A DNA stretch of 64,000 nt from Rhizodiscina lignyota (taxonomy: Eukaryota). Below, in pieces: positions 51,899 through 61,351 of the stretch. The notes beneath the pieces are model-generated. The model saw only the letters and a program-made list of their open reading frames with translations, did no database searches and was not told where the DNA came from. The number at the start of each line of letters is the position of its first letter. Position 1 is the stretch's first letter. The DNA lies in assembly GCA_010015805.1 (NCBI GenBank), contig ML978129.1:1240001-1304000 (forward strand). The letters are read 5' to 3'. The translations under genes were made by a program, and so were the position numbers.

Positions 51899-52447
51899 AT
51901 GCAGAGGGTTGATAGAGGGACCGTACCAGCCGGTGTGCATACCAACCCTCCGCACCTAGCGTATTTCAGGGAGCGGTCAGGGCTAAAGCCGAGCAGACGT
52001 GCACCTTACTTACTAGCAAAAAAACAAAAACGCCAGCGCCATGCAGAGGATTGACAGAGGGACCGTACCAGCCGGTGTCATGCCAAACCTTCCGCATCTA
52101 GCGTATTTCAGGGAGCGGTCAGGGCTAAAGCCGAGCAGACGTCACCTTACTTACTAGCTTGACGCGACACCAAACGCCAAAAGCAAGAAAGCAAAAACTC
52201 CAAAACACCAAAACACCAAACGCCAGAAAGCAAGAAAGCAAAAACTCCAAAACGCCAAAATGCCAAAACACCAAACGCCAAAAAGCAAGAAAGCAAGAAA
52301 GCAAAAACGCCAAAACGCCAGCGCCATGCAGAGGAAAGGCAGAGGGAAACCGTAAAAGCCGGTGTGCATGCCAAACCTTCCACATCCAACGCTTTTCAGG
52401 GAGCGGTCAGGGCGAAAGCCGAGCAGACGTGCACCTTACTTGCTGGC
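51898..52447 (-). repeat. Three imperfect tandem copies of a ~120-nt double-hairpin unit (51898-52017, 52040-52158, 52325-52447)
   Basis: Shared core TTCAGGGAGCGGTCAGGGC(T/G)AAAGCCGAGCAGACGT and CATGCAGAGG ends on the + strand; G.U pairs indicate the minus strand is the folded RNA. Confidence 0.92.
52159..52324. repeat. Low-complexity spacer of irregular 7-9 nt modules (AAAGCAAG, CAAAACGC, CAAAACAC, AAAAACTC)
   Basis: Directly visible; almost no T on + strand. Confidence 0.9.
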
Positions 52448-52469
52448 GTGCGCAACACCCAAAAGAAAG

Positions 52470-52748
52470 TCAGTACTCACCTCGAAAGTCGATCACGTCG
52501 ACAGCCTTGTGGCCGCCAGTGACCCTCCTCAACCTCGCCGGAATCGAGTCGTCCGGCATCACCCCCTGCTGCTCGCCGATGTGGCGGTAGATCGCCGCCG
52601 CCGTCTCGGTGTCGAATTTGGTGTCGTAGTGCTGTCGGAGCCACCCCTTCCGTTCTCGCTCCATCGCCCACGCGTCGTGGGCCTTTCGTGCTCGGCGTCG
52701 GTCGGCGCGCTTGGCGAGCCACAGGCGGAAACGTCTGATGACGTTCAT
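52470..52748 (-). CDS. Orphan 92-aa Arg/Trp-rich basic protein (may instead splice at GTGAGT 52480)
   Basis: ATG in CAACATG context 126 nt below a TATA box; MNVIRRFRLWLAKRADRRRARKAHDAWAMERERKGWLRQHY...; G+C 160/240 by hand count over 52501-52740, visibly above the flanks. Confidence 0.6.
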   Translation of the reverse strand: MNVIRRFRLWLAKRADRRRARKAHDAWAMERERKGWLRQHYDTKFDTETAAAIYRHIGEQQGVMPDDSIPARLRRVTGGHKAVDVIDFRGEY

Positions 52749-52829
52749 GTTGATTGTTATGATTGTTGAGTTTGATGGATGAAAAAAATGCTTGCAAGTC
52801 AACGAGTACGGTTGCTGCAAGTGAAGAGT

Positions 52830-52920
52830 TCTAGAGAAAAAGAAAGAGGGAGATGGGAGGGAGGGAAAGGCCCCTTTATAGTCGGGCGGGAGCAGGTCGC
52901 AACCACATGTAATCACATGT
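52830..52920 (-). promoter_or_regulatory. Pol II core promoter for the orphan ORF/ribozyme module
   Basis: TATAAAG at 52880-52874, followed by a CT-rich box (CCTTTCCCTCCCTCCCATCTCCCTCTTTCTTTTTCTC); upstream direct repeat CACATGT-aat-CACATGT (52904-52920). Confidence 0.6.
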
Positions 52921-53414
52921 ACGATTGCCTCCTCTCCCTTCTCTGATGACTTGCCTCTGTGTGATACGTCCCAACATGAATAATTGCGGGATTATAAAGT
53001 CGTTGGCCGCCAACACGGCTGTAACTCTCAACGGCTAATAGCTCTTCCACCTCACAGGAATCGAGACTACCTCTGAAAGTTCAATTGGATATTCTCTGGA
53101 GAGTATTAAACAACAGCAGGAGACAGAAAAACTTGTATCCTACGTTATCTATAGAGGCTGTACATAGGTGCTGGCCAGCAGTATTGGCAAAAGTCCATGT
53201 CCTTTCAAGACAGATCAGATCTGTTGAGTCCAAAACGGTGAACCTGCGGAGAATTGGACTGGACTGGACTGGTCGGACTTGATCGATCTTAACGGTGCTG
53301 CTTATTCAATCGAATTCGATAAAAGTTCGTTGGTATCAAGGCGTTGAGTTGCGGGATGTGAGCGATTTCCGGCAAGCGCACGAGACATGCAACGGCGTCC
53401 GTGTTCTGTGACAT

Positions 53415-53710
53415 CGAGAAGCAAATCTTCTAAGCCAGAGTGGACAAGCTACCCCCTGATAATCCCGAACACAAACTTATCGCAAGCGTATAAGGTATGT
53501 ACCGAGGTCTCTCTTCCACGACAACGAGAAGCGAATCTTCTGTGGTGGGCAAAGCAAGCTACTCCCCAGCAAATTCGAATGCAAACTCATCGCAAGCGTA
53601 TGATATTTGTAACGAGGTCTCTTTTCCATGATAACGAGAAGCGAATGTTCTAAGGCAGGTTGGCCAAGCTGCTCCCCAACCCCCTCGAATGCAACTTCAC
53701 AGACGCGAGA
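53415..53710. repeat. Degenerate 110-bp tandem repeat, ~2.7 copies
   Basis: CGAGAAGC(A/G)AAT(C/G)TTCT recurs at 53415, 53525 and 53635; CAAGCT recurs with the same period, and ATCGCAAGCGTAT and CGAGGTCTCT occur in copies 1 and 2. Confidence 0.85.
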
Positions 53711-54804
53711 AGAAGGATAATTGCAGCGTAGCAGAGTGGTCAGAATCAAGCCTCCAGTATGGAGAGGAACGGGAACGAGAAGAAAATGCCGCAGAAGAAC
53801 ACCCAACCACCGCAGAAGCATATGGAGAGTAGCATGTGCAAAGAATATGACAGCTTGTGAGGCGCAGGAGCATGAAAGGAATAACACTTGATGATAGTTC
53901 GGCGCAGGCAAGGCGTACATGTCCTTCTCCAAACATATCCCTTTTTGGTTGGCTTTTTACCTCCTGAGCGGCCGGGCGAAGCCTAGTGTCTACTGAGTGG
54001 CGACATACTCGGAGCACGTTGGACGAGGCAATTGTGCGGCCGAATACATTGGGAAGGATAGTCGAAGGAGAAGACAAGAAGTCGAGTTGGAGCGGGCGCA
54101 TTGACAAGGCCTCGCGTTTCCTAGGTCCGATCTGGTTTAGACCAACGGTTACCGTTCCTGCATGTGGCTGGATCCGCTGCAGGCACATGCACACTGTCAG
54201 ATTCACGTTCCTATGCACGGATGCTACCAAGACCGCATGTCACCAGCGAAGCAAAGGGAGCTTACTAGCCCGAGGATGCTGTTCGATATGTTGACTCAAT
54301 CTACCACGAATTGGTTGGGACTCCTAAGTACATGCAAAGGAGGCTGGAGGCGACGGATGGCTAAGAACTGACTGGATTGATCTTATCTGATCTGATAAAG
54401 GAGCTCCCCTGTCAAACGTGACACCGCGAGTAGATCGTGATTTCTGCGCGCGAAAATTCCGCGAAAGTCCAACGCAAAACGTATTAACGGGAATCATTAT
54501 AAACTATTCAGATCTAAATACTACTAACTCTGTCTTCTTTCCCGGCTCTGCGAAGAATGATGCGCGGAAAATTAATTCTGTTTCTAACATTGAAAGCGAT
54601 GGACTTTGGCGCTGCGCGGGTGGGAGGGCCAAGCTGACATAATCATCTTTTTCCTGCATGCGCCATCTTACATTATAGAAGGAGGCGCCGAAATTCTCAG
54701 CCTCATCCATCACGACGTTGAACTTTCAAGCTCGCCCGCATCTTGTCAATGATATTCTAGACTCTCGGGCAGGAGTATGATGCGAAGAAGGCTGCCTCTA
54801 AAGC

Positions 54805-56190
54805 ATGAATTGGGCGCGCAGAATTCCTCCTAGCTTTCGCCGTCCACGAGCTCTCCTCATCCTCATATGCTCGATAGCCTCCCTGCTCTACTTGCTGAAC
54901 CCACTGTCAGGTCTTGGAAAGCGTCGCTACGATATCTGGAGAGAAGACCCGTACATTCAACTGCTCGACGACTCGACGCGCCAAAGCAAGGATGCTGTAC
55001 CATCAGAAGCCCGCTGCAAAGGCTTTCCGCCGAGCGTATTCGACAAGATACAGGTGGTAGTGAAGATAGGAGCTCCAGAGGCGCGCACGAAGCTCACAAG
55101 ACAGTTGGCTACCAATACGGCCTGTGTCAAGGATCTGCTTATATTCTCGGACTTTGAGGAAGAGGTTCAAGGCTATCACATATATGACGCACTGGCGAAT
55201 TTGAAAGAGTCGGAGTGGGTGGACAATCCAGATTATGACGTCTACAAGCAGAACAAGGCGGCTAAGGATAACGGCGAGAGCCTTAGTCGCAGCAGCGAGG
55301 GATGGAAGCTTGACAAGTACAAGTTCCTGCCAATGATGGACATGACATGGGAAATGCGCTCGCAGAAAGACTGGTTCGTTTTCATCGAAGCGGACTCTTA
55401 CGTCTTCTGGGATAATCTCTTCCGCTGGTTGGGGCATCTCGATCCGGAGAAAGCGTTGTACATGGGCTCCCCAATTTGGCGGGTGACGCCTCCGGAGCCG
55501 ACTTTTGCACACGGTGGCAGCGGCATTGTAGTGTCTCGTGCTGGGCTGAAGAAATTGGTGCGACCGCGCGACTATAACTGCGATGTCGCTGGCTGCACTC
55601 AGTACGGGTTTGACTTTAGAGATAAATGCTGTGGAGACGCAGTACTCTCAGACGTCTTTGACGCACGGGGGATTTCTCTGAAGGGATACTGGCCCATGAT
55701 AAATGGTGAAAAGCCGGCCACTGTTCGCTATGGCAAAGACGAGCAATGGTGCGAGCCGATTATCATCATGCATCACGTGAACGAAACCGACCAAATGGAG
55801 CTTACTGACTGGGAGATTCGTCGGCCATCATCGAATCCTGTCATGTTTGAGGACCTCTGGAATTGGTTAGAGCACCTGATTCCTCCTTACCGCACAGACT
55901 GGTCCGTGTTGGCCGAAGGAGATGTTCTGAAGGCTGAAGATGGCCAAGCGGCAGCCGCATCACCTCAAGCTTGTGAACTTGGCTGCTTGGAGAAGAAGTG
56001 GTGCTACCAGTGGCAGCACATGAAGGGGGTTTGTGAGCATTCGCCGTGGATTCGTGTGGGAAGAGAACAGCTGCCTGACATGGATGGCAATACTTGCGTG
56101 TCCGGCACGATTATGAAACGTGTTGCGAATTTCAAGAAGCGCATGGGTCATTGCGAAGATGCACACTGGGTTAGGGCAAATCCCGGCTAA
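54805..56190 (+). CDS. Glycosyltransferase family 31 (Fringe-like), type II membrane protein with Cys-rich C-terminal domain
   Basis: N-terminal TM, LIFSD, GWKLDKYKFLPM, WFVFIEADSY (DxD-like), FAHGGSGIVVSR, CCGD.VL, WCEP.I.MHH. Confidence 0.9.
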   Translation: MNWARRIPPSFRRPRALLILICSIASLLYLLNPLSGLGKRRYDIWREDPYIQLLDDSTRQSKDAVPSEARCKGFPPSVFDKIQVVVKIGAPEARTKLTRQLATNTACVKDLLIFSDFEEEVQGYHIYDALANLKESEWVDNPDYDVYKQNKAAKDNGESLSRSSEGWKLDKYKFLPMMDMTWEMRSQKDWFVFIEADSYVFWDNLFRWLGHLDPEKALYMGSPIWRVTPPEPTFAHGGSGIVVSRAGLKKLVRPRDYNCDVAGCTQYGFDFRDKCCGDAVLSDVFDARGISLKGYWPMINGEKPATVRYGKDEQWCEPIIIMHHVNETDQMELTDWEIRRPSSNPVMFEDLWNWLEHLIPPYRTDWSVLAEGDVLKAEDGQAAAASPQACELGCLEKKWCYQWQHMKGVCEHSPWIRVGREQLPDMDGNTCVSGTIMKRVANFKKRMGHCEDAHWVRANPG

Positions 56191-56232
56191 CATGAACACT
56201 GAGTATACCTGTACGCGTCCCAGTTGATCCGT

Positions 56233-57788
56233 CTAGTCGAGCGCTATCGCCGGCTTCGCGAAAGGGTGATAGTCCGCCTCGCCGGCATTCTCCCATTGCG
56301 CTTCCCACAGCGACTCATTCATCTGCGATTCCTCCATACCAGCAATGACGTGCCTAATAAGGTCAGCATCTTGGATCTGAGGATCTGGATGGTGGACTGA
56401 CTCATCTGGAGCCAGGACTTCCAGTCCGGGCACACAATCGATCAGCGCAACTATTACGTACGTCCCCACAAAGCTCCATGTGAATCCAATCAGCGCCTCC
56501 ACTATCTGGATCCAGAGCTGCTTCACATTTCCGTCGAAGAAGACACCTCCATCGATGATAGTGGCCCCATCAAAGGCGGCCACTTCTTTCTTTGCAAACA
56601 GCCCCGTCGCGATGGTTCCAAGGAATCCACCAATGCAGTGCGTGGCGAAAGTGTCGCCATTGTCGACCCAGCGCCAGCGTCTAGCCCAGTCTGTGAACTT
56701 TATTCGCAGTGCTTGTCTGCAAACGAGAGCCCCACCAACACCGAAGAAGAAGCTAGTGGTCAGGTCAATGAACCCTGCAGATGGAGTTATCAAGACGAGC
56801 CCGGCGATTGCGCCCATGAATGTGGAGTCTAGACTCCAAAGGCCTGTTTCGAAATATGTGATCAGAACCCATGTAATTGCGCCGGCTGATGCGCATAGAT
56901 TCGTCACGCAGAGTGCCATAACGCTCTTAAAGTTCAAGGCCAGCGTAGTACCAGCGTCGAACGCCAACCAACTCCCCCAAATTATTACCATTGCCAAAAT
57001 CTGGGCCATGGAATTGTGGGGGCGGTGCAGCTTCAAATGGTTTGGAGTGCGATTCGACAATCTTCGGGATCTTGCGATAGGCCAGGAGAGATAGAGCGAT
57101 AGTGCTGTCGCTGTTGCACCAGAGCAAATGTGCACTGGAGTGCCGCCTGCAAAGTCAAGCGCCCCGAGATTCCCCAAGAAGCCGGTGTCCGACCATACCA
57201 TATGGGCAAGCGGACAATATATGAGCGTTGACCAGAGGAAAATGAACGGCACCAAGCTGATGAGCCGGCCGCGCTCGCACGCTCCACCAACTGCGATGGC
57301 GCAGACTGTGGCTTCAAAGATGAGCTGGAACTCGGAGAAGAGAATGGCGGGGATGGTGCCAACGGGCTCAGCAAGAACATTACGATGGAAAACGAATGTG
57401 AAGTCCCCAAAGACACCATTGCTACTGTCGCTGTAGGCCAGTGTGTAGCCAAGGATCCACCATTGGATGCTGCAGACGCCGATTGAGAGCATGGCGGGCA
57501 TGAAGGAAGCGAGACCGGAGCGGCGAGTCGAGTAGCCTGCGTACTGTATCCCAGAATCGTCATAAGGAATCAGAGCAAAACGTACTTGGAACGGACTCTT
57601 GAAGGCGGAAACTTACGGCAAGGCCAACTGCTGGGATGATGCTGTCGTGTTATGTTGTGAGTAGGCTGAGATGAGTGCAGAAGGTACTTGGATTCTTACG
57701 GCCAACAAAAGACGCTTGCAGCTAGGACAAACAGAGTGTCTGTCTTAGAGCATCGTTCCCAAGCTTCGAGGATGGATGATACTGCCAT
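56233..57788 (-). CDS. Ammonium transporter (Amt/Mep family)
   Basis: QWW.LGYTLAY, GGACERGR, YCPLAHMVW, DFAGGTPVH, AIAGLV.ITPSAGF, FATHCIGG, GLFA; short 5' exons from ATG 57788. Confidence 0.93.
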
Positions 57789-58040
57789 GATAGAAAACAA
57801 TCGTTCCAATTGATCAATCGAATTCTCGAAGAAGTGCAACGACTGTGTGCCTTGTTCAGAGTATGCAGAAGAATAACGCGTTCATTATTTGGCCCACAAG
57901 CTGCTAATTAAGTGATGTACTTTTCATAAGAACAATCTATGTACCTCGGCGTACAAAGGCGAAAGAGACGAGATTGATACAAGAAGCGGCAGTCCTGTAC
58001 CTGAAATACCGCGCCTTTGGGTCTGAGCTCCTTCGCGATC

Positions 58041-58060
58041 TGCGATAAGAGCTGCGATAA
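58041..58060. promoter_or_regulatory. Tandem GATAA sites (AreA/NIT2-type nitrogen regulation)
   Basis: TGCGATAAGAGCTGCGATAA ~260 bp upstream of the ammonium transporter ATG. Confidence 0.5.
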
Positions 58061-58483
58061 CAAAAGGTATGGATGGACTTGCCGAATTTGTATTAGCAAA
58101 AAGTAATTATACTCGAGAGTGACAAAATATTTGGTTGCCAGGTAAGCCATAACGTCTCTAAGGACAGACAAGCGAGATTGTCGCTGAAAGCTTGGTTTTA
58201 CGTTCTTTGGAGTGTACATAACAACAACACACTGTTGAAAATCCCTCACGATCTATTACTTATACGGAGTAGAGCATCTTTGAACTGGAGAGCTACAAAG
58301 TAGTAGTCTCTCCTTCCACCTGAAACGCATATGAGAAGCATTTCACAATATTCTGCTTGCTCATATCTCCTCGTGCATGTCAGCTAAGCTGCGTGCAGCC
58401 TCGCGTGCTCAAATCCAAACGCATGCCCTCAACAGGCCCATTTTCCTGGCCGCGGATGCTGATAGTGAAGAGAACTCGGTCCC

Positions 58484-59135
58484 TCAGAACATGACCTCCC
58501 CAGCTAGCTCGCCTTCGAATCCAAAGGCTTGGAGCTTTGCCCTTGTGGACTTCTCTTTGTCCTTCTGCTCTTTGATCTCCTTCCTATGCAATGCATCGAC
58601 CACATTTGTCGACTCCTCTCGATAGGGTTCCGGAACATAATCGTCCTTGTCAAGGTCCTGTTGCTCGATTACCAACATTATCTGCGTCCATGTAGCAGAC
58701 AGCACATACGATCTCCCCGAGCATGAGCACATTCTCTCCTCTCACGAGATATAGCCCTCTCGGTACGCTCGCAAACACCTTCTCATTCTCCGCATATACC
58801 CTCTCGATTGTGTCTTGCAGCACCAGATTCGCAAACTGGTCCCAGCTTCTCAGCACACCGATCAGTTTGCGTCCGTCGCGCAGTATAACGAGCAGCTTCT
58901 CTGGAATCGCGCGGAATGTGAATCACTCTGGTCAGCCTTCGAAGATCAGAAGTTCGTTTTTCAAGCTTTTCAAGCTTAACCGATGCTGGGGAGACTCACT
59001 GTCGGTCAAGTCTAGGAGTTGTGCGGCGGTCGTGAACATTTGTGGGGGTAGTTGAGGGACTGGTGGAGGACCGGGGAGGACTTGTGGTTGGCTTGGGCCG
59101 CCGGGCGGCGGATCTTCGATCGAGAGGTTTTCCAT
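58484..59135 (-). CDS. LSM1: Sm-like protein Lsm1
   Basis: FTTAAQLLDLTD|KKLLVILRDGRKLIGVLRSWDQFANLVLQDTIER...RGLYLVRGENVLMLGEI|DLDKDD; two introns. Confidence 0.95.
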
Positions 59136-59758
59136 TTTGATGAGGAGGAATTGGTGCTTATGTTATAGAGCCCGAGTCGAAGTCCATTGTCGAGAGATGT
59201 CTATTTCTGAGTTGTTCTTGCTGCATCAATTCACATTCGCACAACGATCGATGCGGCAGTTCCCGTGTAATATTCGGGAGCTAAACTATATCTGGAGGTG
59301 TCCGTACAGAGTTGCGCAACAAGGATTGGAGATTGGTGATCCTGGATAGATAGCGCGATGGATCGTTTCACTCTCGTCCATACATCTCTCCTCGGCTCGG
59401 GTGAAATTGCACGCAACGAAATCACTCAGTATTATCTTCCAGAGCCAGACTCGGGAGGTCAAGCAGACCGCCAATTTCTCACCAGGCTTCGCTTACAAAG
59501 GTCGCTTTCGGTTGGAATAATTTCTCCTCGATTAAGATATTGCTACCTCCCTCAATATTTCGACCGTCTGAATTCGACCGGACCATTTCGCTACCATTGC
59601 TCGTAATTGGCCACACTCCAACGCGTCACTGGTTGCCTGGAGACTGATGAAGCAATAAATGCACTTCATCAAACCTCTCTCGTAGTCCTGATCAATGCAT
59701 TAATCCTTAATTTCTTTCCGGTCAAGAAAAGCCATTCTACAATATCGACGCGATTGCA

Positions 59759-60811
59759 ATGTCTGCTCTTATCGGCCTTGCTCGTCTGTTCTACAGCGCG
59801 TGGATTAATCACCCCGCCAATCCCACCGCTAGTTTCGCAGGGAAAACAATACTCATTACTGGAGCTAATACTGGACTTGGCTTCGAGGCCGCAGTAAAAT
59901 TTGCTGAATTAGGAGCGTCTAAAATCATTCTGGGCGTTCGCAGTATCGAAAAGGGGAATGCTGCGAAGAAGACACTTGAGGAGCGGTCACAGAGGAAAGG
60001 GATTGCTGAGGTCTGGCAGGTCGATATGGCCTCCTATGATAGTATCAAGGCTTTTGCAAGTCGTGCGTCGAACGAGTTGGACGGCTTGGATGTCGCGCTT
60101 CTTAACGCTGGCGTCATGAAGTTTCAATGGAAAACCTCAACGTACGGCTGGGAAGAGATGATCCAGATCAATGCTTTGTCCACGGTACTCCTCGGTCTAT
60201 TGCTGCTTCCAAAACTCAGAGAGTCGTCCAAGCCCGAGAATCTATCCTATCTTGCATTCGTTAGCTCGGGCACTTATCGTACTGTGAAAATGACACCCGA
60301 ACATCGGAACTCCCTGGCTATCCTCGATTCATACAACAACGAAAAGGATTTCCGGCCGTCGCCGTACTATGCCCTGTCGAAACTCTTCTTGATGTGCGCC
60401 ATGAGAGCGATGGCGGAGAAAGAAGGCGCTGATCCTGGTGTTGTAATCACGTCTGTCTGTCCCGGACTTGTGAAGACGGAGCTTGCAAGAGACTTCACCA
60501 TCACACCTCTGAAGAGATTTGCGGGGCAAATCCTTACGTTCTTTCAGCGAACCACAGAGGTTGGTGCAAGGTCATTGGTGAGCGTCGTCACGCTGGGCAA
60601 GAAGGGCCACGGGCAATTCTGGCAACATGACCAGATCCAGAAGTGAGTTTTACATAGCCCGCATTGCCATATTTGCAATCGCTAACTGGCAAGAAGGGAT
60701 GGTGGTATTTTTGCAGAAGCGGATGGAAAAAAGCTCCAGGAGCAGATATCGCATGAGATTTTAGACGCGTTACGAAAAGATGTGCCAGATATCCTAGACC
60801 AGCAGCGGTGA
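59759..60811 (+). CDS. Short-chain dehydrogenase/reductase (retinol-DH/WWOX-like)
   Basis: TGANTGLG, LLNAG, VSS, YALSK catalytic YxxxK, VCPGLVKT; terminal intron ~60643-60696. Confidence 0.92.
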
Positions 60812-61351
60812 CAGGTAAAGAGAGAAGATTCGGATATCATGCCATCATGATTGATGGATGTGGCATGCCGCTGTTGTTCGGAATTCGAACTCTCGAAGTC
60901 GGCGACTTTGTCGTTCTGATGGGGGTTCGCGTAGAGTAGGGAAGGAGTGACCGAGATAGCTCGCGTCTAGTGATCGTGCGAGCAGCTGAAAAGTTGATTA
61001 GCTGAGAGCCAATTTTTGAGGTATTCAGGCGGAGAGAAGAATGTCGAGGGGGCCGATTATATATATAGTAAAAGGTGCACATGCCTTAATTGCGAAGGTT
61101 CTCGGCAACATTTCTACTATTGGGTTTCCCCAGACCATATCTGCAGGGAATAAGACCGGCTTTTGCTAAAGCCGGAAATACCGTAGCTGGGTAAGGTGGC
61201 TTATTAACTCGAAAAAGACTTTGATAGACTATTTGCAACAAAACTGATCCCGTATCACTTAATTTTTGCTCATGATTTCTCAGGATGACATTCTCGAGGA
61301 CATGGTTATAAAAAGTTAGAGAGCCATCTTGTTTTTGCGAGTTGGCAGAGC

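Noticed and set aside
51975..51998. GGTCAGGGCTAAAGCCGAGCAG (+ strand) resembling SRP RNA helix 8
   Set aside because: Spacing of the symmetric loop is wrong, no other SRP helices are present, and G.U pairs favour the minus strand
51898..52447. Repeat-spacer layout as a CRISPR array or Helitron 3' ends (CTAG)
   Set aside because: Eukaryotic locus, 120-nt repeats, low-complexity spacers and no cas genes; no subterminal Helitron hairpin at the right distance, and copy 3 lacks CTAG
52125..52590. Overlapping hydrophobic and Lys-rich ORFs across the spacer
   Set aside because: By-products of a low-complexity repeat that lacks stop codons
53720..54371. Fragmentary ORFs suggesting a pseudogene
   Set aside because: No family motif recognisable; cannot be supported without a search
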